Assembly: GCF_006345805.1 (NCBI RefSeq)
Contig: NC_043015.1
Coordinates: 36,828,001-36,892,000 of the forward strand
Length of the DNA: 64,000 bases
From: Octopus sinensis
Lineage: Eukaryota
Direction: 5' to 3'
Shown here piece after piece: positions 54,258-64,000 of this stretch. The notes under the pieces are model-generated. The model was not told the DNA's origin and did not search any database. It saw nothing but the letters and a program-made list of their open reading frames with translations. Numbering within the stretch: position 1 is the stretch's first letter; each line of letters opens with the position of its first letter. Made by a program: the position numbers and the translations under genes.

Positions 54258-55830
54258 TGTGTGTGTGTGTGTGTATTCCTCTAGAGGGAAACTACAAAAT
54301 ATACTTTCGAATAAACCGAATAAATGTACATATATACTAAAATTGTAAATGGCAAAGGAAAGATGAAATACAGAAAAATCTAACCAACATGTTCCTTTTT
54401 CTTTCTTTTCTCTACATGCAGGTACAAACATATTTTGGGAAGATAGATCTATGTTATATTAATTAATTTACTCGGTGTTTTTCACATCTCATAATGAAGT
54501 TGTTCTGATAAACGTGGGTAGGAGTGAATCATCCCGAATACAAATGATTTACTCGCAGACGTCGGGCGACCAGTTCTCGCTGTTTAATACCGCAGGCAAC
54601 AGTTTCCCATTTTCCATTTCCCATGAGGTCTGCGAACGGATCGCATATGAGCGACAAATATTTCGAACCTTCTCACATGAATTTAAATTTATAAAGTGTA
54701 TAACGGCTATCTGTAATATTAAATGTCTCGAATGGCTTGTTCCCTTTATGATGTAATTTCTATGTATTATATTTGTATTATAGAATGAAAGGATTTTGAA
54801 AATTAACTTATTACACATAGTTCTGTCACACTGCAATAACTGATCAAAATTATTAGCTTAAACAAACAACCCGAACGAGTGCAATCAGTCAGTTTCCCGG
54901 CAGCGCCCTCAACGGTCGCCGTCCTCCTTCCGTGAACTGTTTCGAAAGTAGTATTGAATAAACTATTATTTCTTTCTCGGTAAACACGTAATACGGTTTG
55001 AAGAAAATATGATTTATTAGACTTGATAATATGATCAATATTATTGGGTCTTTCTTTGATCTATCTGAATACAATTTTCGAAAAAAAATATTACTGTTCA
55101 TATTCCCTCAGATCTGAGAAAATATGTTATGTGTTAAAAAAAGTAATAAAATTGTGGTAAAGTGTAGTAAAATAAACGTACTTGGAGTATATGAAAATAG
55201 TTCAGATATATTAAGGTAAATAATGCCTTTAGCTTTGATTTGTTCTATTTCAGCTGGTTGGTTAAATTTTCTATTATATTTGTTGTGGCCACACGAAAAA
55301 GAACGTGGTTAGCGTTGGGGATAGATTAGGTTTGTACTTGTGTTTCCTTTTTCAGCAACCTCTGTTAGTTGGCGTTGAAATCTAAAACATATTTAACGAT
55401 GGATTCTCGGTTATCTGTAAAATAACTATTCACAAATTTTGGTGAGTAAAGAAGTTTGGTTTGGAATTGCGAGCATTGGGGTTCAGTGTCAGTGTATGTC
55501 AACCTGAGTGAGTGTTTTCTGTTTTAGGTCCGGGACGACAAATGCTTTCTGAGTGAATATGGGTGAGCGAAACATATGGAAGACACTTAGCTGAATCGTT
55601 TACTCGTTGGATAAAATCATACGCTGGCCTTCTTTGGATTTCAAAAACGCTCAGATGTTAAGTTTGCCTTTCATATTTACCACCACCGCTGCTTGTAAAT
55701 CGGAGTTGACTATTTTTTATATCCCTGTAAATTCACAGTTTGGTAATAAAAAAATACCGGAAGAATAAGGGCAAGACTTAAAAAAACAGTACTAGACTAA
55801 TTTGCACCCCGATCAAGACTTGAAGGTCAT

Positions 55831-55932
55831 GACATATCATGGTTAAAGTCATATGGTTAAAGTCATATGATATATCATGGTTAAAGTCATATGGTTAAAG
55901 TCATATGATATATCATGGTTAAAGTCATATGG
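55831..55932. repeat. 38-bp minisatellite, 2.7 copies, built from an internal ATGGTTAAAGTCAT repeat
   Basis: gatatatcatggttaaagtcatatggttaaagtcatat repeated. Confidence 0.92.
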
Positions 55933-56297
55933 CTTAAGGGATTAAAAGATAAAAGATGAAAAATTTATTGCAGTGATTTTCTTCATAGTTCTCCCTGCGC
56001 AGAAAGGTGCAGCACTCTCAGCCTTTATAAGAATTTCGTCTGAAACACTTATATTGTGGCTTGAGGGATTCAAAGTTCTATGTAGACTAAAGGCTGAGTT
56101 AAGTAATTGAATACCGCAAGGCATTTTAAATAACATTCACGTGACTATGTTAATGCACCATACTTATTAATTTCCATACGAACATTGTTTTACCCTGAAT
56201 CTATATTTTTCATTTCATGGCATACATCATAAGATACACTAGGAACGCGTGTGAATGAGTATTTGGGATTGTATCAGTAAGCACAATTACAAATACG

Positions 56298-56331
<34 letters not shown>

Positions 56332-56495
56332 ATGTGTGTGTGTCTGTGTGTGTGTGTGTGTGTGTGTATTATATGTAGAAAAATACAAACTTGGACAAGA
56401 ACGTGAAACATTTAGAAGACGATACAAAAAGCACGGACGGGACATTCGAAGCCTTCAATCTTCAGTCAAGAACCGGATCATCCTAGCAATTTCGG

Positions 56496-56533
<38 letters not shown>

Positions 56534-56924
56534 GTAATACACATGCATAGACTCTTACAAATATACAAATATCGATATACGCGTATATATATATTTACAT
56601 AATATATGCATAAATCTACATATATACAATACCTATATACGCATACGAATATATTCAAAACTCTTTGTCTGGTGTAGTGGATATTAAAATACGAATAAAT
56701 AAATAATAGTACAATTGCAAATGCGTAGATTGAATAAAGTCAATTATAAATTTAAATTGAATTGCAAAAAATATTATGTAGTGTAATATAATTTAGTGTA
56801 ATATAAATTTTGAAATATAAAATTTTAATTTAATAAAATTTGGACCTCGGCGAAATTTAAATCAGAATCTTAGCAATCGGAGAACAATCGCTAAAGTTTT
56901 GTCAGCATCGCCGCTTTATTAGCA

Positions 56925-57185
56925 ATGAGTTCGATTCCTAGATAGGGTGGTCGGGAAGTTGTGCTTTTGAGCAAATCACTTCATCTCGCGTTGCTCTGAG
57001 ATCATTTCGACACTTGAGGCGTGACACACAGTGCGCATGTTGAGACAACGTCGATTTGGTGAAGAGGGTGTGAAGCTAATGTGCCGCACGAACATTTGAT
57101 CACTAGAAACAAATCAATTTCTGCAGGTCATTAGGCAAAAGCTTAATGGTCATACGCCATCTTCGACCGGAGAGTCCATTACGTT
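56925..57185 (+). mobile_element. Degenerate tRNA-derived SINE
   Basis: B box gagttcgattcc followed by tgtgcttttgagcaaatcacttcatctc. Confidence 0.5.
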
Positions 57186-57249
57186 TATGTATATATTTGT
57201 GTTACTTTGTGTGTGTGCGTGCGTGCGTGCGCGACGCTCGTATGTGCGT

Positions 57250-57326
57250 GTAATTATGTACGTATATAGGTATGTATGTATGTACGTATGTATGTATGTA
57301 TATATGTATGTATGCATGTATATATG

Positions 57327-57360
<34 letters not shown>

Positions 57361-57386
57361 TGTACGTACGTATGTATGTATGTATG

Positions 57387-57420
<34 letters not shown>

Positions 57421-57523
57421 TGTACGTACGTATGTATGTATGTATGTATATATGTATGTATGTATGTATGTAATGTATGTATGTATGTATGTATGTACGT
57501 ACGTACGTATGTATGTATGTATG

Positions 57524-57557
<34 letters not shown>

Positions 57558-57590
57558 TGTATGTATGTATGTATATCTGTATGTATGTAC
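57250..57590. repeat. (TATG)n array with an approximately 60-bp higher-order period
   Basis: Segments starting 57361 and 57421 are nearly identical. Confidence 0.85.
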
Positions 57591-57661
57591 ATAATATATC
57601 GTAATGGTCGACCGCTAGCCACTTCAGCTTCATATTTCTCTCTGTTTATCTTCTCGTCTTC

Positions 57662-57697
57662 CTTTCTGTTGAAGAGCGTAGGCTCGAAACGCAAAAG
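57662..57697 (+). pseudogene. Decayed minimal hammerhead within a ~190-bp repeat (about 57600-57780)
   Basis: CTTT CTGTTGA A GAGC GTAG GCTC GAAA CG CA AAAG; two core substitutions relative to 63147-63182. Confidence 0.6.
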
Positions 57698-58143
57698 ACT
57701 TTCTCACCTTCGCGAGCATTAAACTAATACACCTCTGTGTTGTTTATGCACGTGTCTTCGTGTTTTGTACATATCTTTTAGGTTCGTTTACAAGAAACGT
57801 TTTTAAGTAGGCATATAAAAGCCCCTCTTTCATTTCATCTGCTACAGACTAACGATACCAGCTTGTAGTTACAGGTTTATGGGGTTGTACCGAGCTGTGC
57901 GGATATATACAGAATAAATATCATAATAATGATAATAATCCATGGATGAATATTTCAAATACTTTAACGTATTGTTATTTGCGTTTCCATACATTATATG
58001 TTTCTCACAAACATAATCCGGATTAGTGGGACGATTACAATACAATCCGTTGTATCCATGGACATCGGGTGGATCATTGTTCAAGTGTTCCTATATTCAA
58101 ACGTGTGTGTATGTGTTTATATATACATACACCACACACACAC

Positions 58144-58200
<57 letters not shown>

Positions 58201-58207
<7 letters not shown>

Positions 58208-59654
58208 AATAAAATAGAACATATGCATATATTATAAACATATATGTACGTACCTACCTCTACATGTACAATACACGCATATATGTGTACAGGACACCAA
58301 AAAGACGTCGAACACATAGAGAGACGAAAAACATAGACACAAACCAAGGAACAAGACAAGCAAAAAGGAGAAGAGATACAGGACAATAAGCACAACGAAA
58401 AATCCCCTTCTTCAGTCGCTAAGGTTTCATCTACTAAACGTTTCGAAGGATAAAAGCGAGACGTATACTTCGAAGAAAACTTCCTTCCTTCCTGCGAAAA
58501 GCAAATCAATTAAAATTCTGAGATCTTTTCGCAGAGGGGTAAAAAAAAAAGCAAGAAGACGGTAACGACAGTACAAACATATAAACAGTAAAAATATATA
58601 TATAAACAGTGGAAAAATAAATATATAACAGTGAGAGACAGGACAAGGAGAACAAGATAAGAAGGGCTGTTAACGCCAGACGAAAAAAGTATTGCAAACG
58701 CTGGATTATAGTGGACGACGAGAGAGAAAGAAAGTCGACCAGTAGCCTTGGAAGGCGGGCGAGAAAAGACAGGATAGCAGTTACGACGGAAGTATCGTCG
58801 CAGATGGACGACGGGAATGGGGGAGGAGGAGCAAGAGGAAGAGAGAGAAGAAGGGGAATGGTGCGAGGAGACCATGAAGAACGGTGAGGGGGAGAGAGAG
58901 AGGAAGAGACAAGTTAAGTGAGGGAAAAAAGACGAAAAAGGGAATGGGAGAGAAAGAAAGAAAGATGCAGAGTCGCGTGAGAGTTAATATCAAGGCTAAC
59001 TTGATAAACAGAACAATCTTACTTAATAGGGTGCGTGCGTTTAGTCGTATAATATGTTAATAAAATAGAACATATGCATATATATAAACATATATGTACG
59101 TACCTACCTCTACATGTACATATACACTCATATATGTGTACAGGACACCAAAAGACGTCGAACACATAGAGAGACGAAAAACATAGACACAAACCAAGGA
59201 ACAAGACAAGCAAAAAAAAGAGAAGAGATACAGGACAATAAGCACAACGAAAAATCCCCTTCTTCAGTCGCTAAGGTTTCATCTACTAAACGTTTCGAAG
59301 GATAAAAGCGAGACGTATACTTCGAAGAAAACTTCCTTCCTGCGAAAAGCAAATCAATTAAAATTCTGAGATCTTTTCGCAGAGGGGTAAAAAAAAAAAA
59401 AGCAAGACGGTAACGACAGTACAAACATATAAACAGTAAAAAATATATATATAAACAGTGGAAAAATAAATATATAACAGTGAGAGACAGGACAAGGAGA
59501 ACAAGATAAGAAGGGCTGTTAACGCCAGACGAAAAAAGTATTGCAAACGCTGGATTATAGTGGACGACGAGAGAGAAAGAAAGTCGACCAGTAGCCTTGG
59601 AAGGCGGGCGAGAAAAGACAGGATAGCAGTTACGACGGAAGTATCGTCGCAGAT
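58201..59654. repeat. Partial tandem duplication: ~604-bp direct repeats (58201-58805, 59052-59654) around a 246-bp spacer, with (TA)n flanks
   Basis: Direct alignment; period 851 bp. Confidence 0.92.
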
Positions 59655-59716
59655 ATATATATATGTGAGTGTGTATATATACATAATTGTATTTGTATGT
59701 CTATATAAATAAATAT

Positions 59717-59753
<37 letters not shown>

Positions 59754-60553
59754 ATGTGTGTGTGTGTGTATGTGTATTATATATATATATTAATCAGAGG
59801 CAGGATAGAAAGTACACAACAAACACAAATCCAAATAAACACACGTACGAAAATAGATGATAACATAACGGTAAACAGGACAAAAAGAAAATACAGGGAA
59901 CATCCACAGCTGATTTCCTCGTCATGCAGAGTCCGGAAAATCCTAGCAGTTTCGCACTTCTTTACCACTGATAATGCTAAAATTCAGTAAATGCTAGAGA
60001 TGTAAGACTGTAACTCTGCACCTGTTTAAATATACGTTTGCACTCAACTTATTCGGAAGACTTTCTCAAGATCAATGCTGTACAAAGATATATACGAGTA
60101 TTTATATTCTTTTATCGTATAAATATTTCAGTAATTGTAGCATAGCCATGCTGGGGCACCGTGCTGCAGGTTTAACAAAACTAATCGCATAATGTACTTA
60201 AATATCATGATTGGTGTTTATTCAATTACTTACTTCTGTGGAATCGCTCAATTACGGGGATGTACGCCAACCAAAACAAGGTGGTCGGCTTCAACAAACA
60301 CTCGAAGACACACACACACGGGAAAACATACGCAAACGTATACATTTCTTTGTGTCTGTGCATACGTGTGTGTGAAATGTGTGTGTACGTATATTTGTTC
60401 GCGTCGTTATTTCTTCTCTGTGTGTAGAGAGAGAATCAGAGCGCAAGGTAAATAAGAAGATAAAAATATATAGACGTGTATATGTATCTAGATAGGTAGG
60501 TATATATGTATTTCGTTTTTGGATGACCCTCTCCACACACAACAGAATATATG

Positions 60554-60594
<41 letters not shown>

Positions 60595-60735
60595 AATATA
60601 TGCATATATACATACACACACACATACACACATATATATATGTATGTATGTATATACATATATATATATTTATATACAACACACACATGTATATATATTT
60701 ATTGTGCAAAATGGGCAAAAGGGCTGTTGTATATA

Positions 60736-60773
<38 letters not shown>

Positions 60774-61345
60774 CTAAAGCTGTCATCGGTAATGTAGTAT
60801 GTGATACTACAATTCTACCTGTATCTAACTATTCACCACACTGATAATAATCTATTGACATATAATTGGAAAATGTGCTGTAACTTTGTAATTTAGAGTT
60901 TAATTCCTCCGGGGATAGAGTGTCTATATGCAATAAACCTAAGCTTTGCATGAGAATATGGTAACTGTCAGATAGAGTTAACGACCAAGAATACGACTTC
61001 CTGCAGGTTGTTCTTTAAATTGAGGCAGGTCGAATTGGATTACAAGTGATCTTTTGATTTCCGTCGAAATATGAAAATGTAGGAAATTTTCGGCAGATAA
61101 TTGTCACGAAGAAATATATTTACACTTAGAGACGATCTCATACACACACACACACGCAAACACACACTGATATGAAGAGTGTGCTTGCTGATGTCTGTAA
61201 GAATCTATGTATATAAGTATATGCGCACGCGCGAGGTGTGTGTATACTGAGGCACATAAATATATACATATATATTTCTATATATCTGCGTATATAAAGA
61301 TACACACAATTATATATATATATACATACATATATGCATACATAG

Positions 61346-61393
<48 letters not shown>

Positions 61394-61563
61394 ACATATA
61401 TGCATCCATATACATAGATATATACCTATATATATATATATATATATATATACAGGTTATTATGAGATACATAGCTAGTGAGATAGGTAGATACATGTAT
61501 ATATTTATGAAGGTATATAAATATATACCTTCATAAATATATATATATATGTATGTATATGTG

Positions 61564-61605
<42 letters not shown>

Positions 61606-61867
61606 GATATATTTATATATTATATATGTTTTGAGTGTTTTGGAAAGTCCTTGATACAGTTAAAGTAATTGGAGAGAAGAATTTTTCTCAAAGACTTAAA
61701 ACCGAGAAACGAACCTTTTTAGTAAGTCGAAAGGTACTAACCTTTGGGAAGGGATTTCACAAAATGGCTGTGGCTTTTATAGATGTGCAAGCGTTTTCAG
61801 CTCTTAACGTATTCAAGCACGTATTATTACATATAGTGAAAGTTGTTTTCAGTACAATTGTTATTGA

Positions 61868-62590
61868 CTATTTCCGGTTTAGTTTCGGAATCTTATGAAA
61901 TATTCTAATGAAATATTCTTATTTTGCTTTTCGGAGAATGTCGTTTTCTTCATTTTTTTTTATGAAAAGGGAAAATTGTAAATTTTCCTTGTGTACAAGT
62001 GTCCAAATGATCGCTGCATATTATGCATCAAAATGATCGCTGCATTGTATTCTGCATGGGATGTTTTATTTGATGTCAGTGCACATTCACCTGGTTGCTT
62101 AATTTCGTTTTTGTTTCTCCAATATAATGTTCGTTGATTCGTGGCCATTTACATTCACCTTTAATTATTTTCCTTTCTTGAATTTTTTGGCTGGTCCCTG
62201 TTCTATTAAATCACGTGTCCCACATCGGAGCTATTCACATTTTGTTACTTGCATCATTTCTTCCTCTGATGCAAATCTTGCTTTGGTTAGAAGTTTCCTA
62301 ATATTTGATGGTTGCTTTCGGCTATTGATTATTTGTTGTTCCTAGATTATGTGTCGGAGACATGGGGACTGCTGTAGAATTAGCAGAAGGTGTTTGGCTG
62401 TTTGTAGAATGTTGTTGTTCTTGGGATTCTGAGTGATAACAAATGAAATATTTTTAGGTTCATTTTTCTTTTTATCCTCAGGGCGAGTGTTTTTGTTCTT
62501 CGTGTAGAGATTTTGAGCTTTTTAGCTTCGGTTATCACTTCGTCTAAAAAGGTTCTTTACTGGATCTTAACTGGTTGAGGAAAAAATTTT
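61868..62590 (-). mobile_element. Penelope-like element relic (RT-linker plus GIY-YIG endonuclease)
   Basis: INSRKQPSNIRKLLTKARF, KCE*LRCGT, NEHYIGETKTKL, FPFHK...EYFI...PKLN*; stops and frameshifts. Confidence 0.82.
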
Positions 62591-62730
62591 CTATTCAAAT
62601 ATATATATATGCGTGTGTGTATGTGTGTGTGTTTGCAAAATGCTTTTGTTCTGGGAATTGGACATCGCAGGACATACAAAGCTGTAAATGATAGCAAATT
62701 AAGATTGGGCTGAAAAATCCTTCTGAACGG

Positions 62731-62799
62731 AATATTTCTAAGGAAATATTATTCTGAACCAATACGTTATGCAATAGCATAACGTATTGGTTCAGAATA
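62731..62799. repeat. Two abutting perfect hairpins (8-bp and 23-bp stems, 4-nt loops)
   Basis: aatatttc-taag-gaaatatt; tattctgaaccaatacgttatgc-aata-gcataacgtattggttcagaata. Confidence 0.92.
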
Positions 62800-63146
62800 G
62801 TTTTCGATGGGCTTCGATGTCTAATTTCAGAAAACAATTATTTCAGATCATCTCGAGAAATCATAAAAACTCATAATGTCAACAATATATATATGTGTGT
62901 GTGTGTGTTTGTGTGTATATGTGTGTGTGTGTGTTTGTGTGTATATGTGTGTGTGTGTGTTTGTGTGTATATGTGTGTGTGTGTGTTTGTGTGTATATGT
63001 GCGTGTTTGTGTATGAGTGTGTGTGTGCACGCACGCGCTCGTACAAATCTGTATAGTTGCAATTTATAGAAAAGGCAAAAGACAAGACAGGTATATGAAC
63101 AACAAACAAGTGTACTAGTTTGACGCTCAGGAAAAAATGAAAAAGT

Positions 63147-63182
63147 CTTTTACGTTTCAAGCCTACGCCCTTCATCAGAAAG
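63147..63182 (-). ncRNA. Minimal type I hammerhead motif with palindromic ACGU stem III, inside a ~190-bp repeat (about 63060-63250)
   Basis: CTTT CTGATGA A GGGC GTAG GCTT GAAA CG TA AAAG. Confidence 0.62.
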
Positions 63183-63315
63183 GAATAAGAGAACATATAC
63201 AGAGAGGGAATGGAAAAAAACTTGTAGATTTCAGCGGTCCATGCTGCATTTATATATATATATGGATTGTTGGCTGGAAGAATGTATGCATGCATGTCTG
63301 TATATAATATAATAT

Positions 63316-63367
<52 letters not shown>

Positions 63368-63946
63368 TATTATCTGCCACTCGGAAACTTTATATTCCGA
63401 TTATACAAACGGATATGTATTTGACTCTTCCGCTAAAAGTTACATTTTGAGTGATGTTATAACTAAGAGAAAGAAAGAGAAAATCTGATGAAATCCGTCG
63501 AAGAGACAAGATGTGAAGAAGCCGCAAATTCTAAGACATTTGATTAATGAAATCCGTTTATCAACAACAGACGAGAGTTATTCAGTAAATTACCAACATA
63601 AAATTACTATTCTGTGTATGTCGAAATTTCAATCTCCCAAACAGCATAAGTCTGAAGACACAATCTAAATATATTCTTCACTTCTTACTTGATATTGTCT
63701 ATCTTTGAGGTGGAAATATGAACTGGTTTACCAAAACACTGTCTTTGTTTTCTATTCATTTTCACAGCCTTGTTTTTAGGTTGCTTTCCAGCCTATCCTT
63801 CAGCGATGTATAATCGTAGCGTATAATGCCTTATGGCATCTATTCATAATTACACACAGCGCATACACACACGAACCAGAAATACGCACATAAACTTACT
63901 CACATGTAGACAGAGATTGGTTAGCATATATATATATAAATAGAGA

Positions 63947-63998
<52 letters not shown>

Positions 63999-64000
63999 GT

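Noticed and set aside
56435-56475. CTGAAGA..CTTCGAATGTC on the minus strand
   Set aside because: GAAA is broken and there is no stem I or stem III
58405-58460. GAAACGTT...CTGAAGA on the minus strand (also near 59250-59300) as a type II hammerhead
   Set aside because: Stem I cannot form and stem II pairing is poor
61770-61825. Possible decayed hammerhead in the PLE 3' UTR (GTGC TTGAATA..GAAAACGCTT GCAC, minus strand)
   Set aside because: Too many core mismatches to distinguish from chance

Overview
AT-rich, microsatellite-dense animal genomic DNA. The SINE families resemble those I recall from octopus, so the taxon is an inference. I can identify no host protein-coding gene; almost all ORFs in the track are microsatellite translations or transposon relics. 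The window holds relics of RTE, R4/Dong-like (REL endonuclease), CR1/L2-like and Penelope-like (GIY-YIG) retroelements, two Tc1/mariner families, many tRNA-derived SINEs, several palindromic MITE-like elements and two local duplications. The main result is a non-coding ~475-bp tandem array at 39456-40927 (two full copies, one partial, one inverted partial). It carries three complete type I hammerhead ribozyme motifs (CUGAUGA...GAAAC-GAUGCAUC-GUA cleavage site) with a palindromic stem III and an unusually long stem II, as expected for a retrozyme or Penelope pLTR array. A second, minimal hammerhead family is present at 63147-63182, with a decayed copy at 57662-57697. A near-pristine U6 snRNA copy at 42400-42503 is fused directly to the 5' end of a SINE. 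No catalytic activity, expression or novelty was tested; checks are listed per finding.
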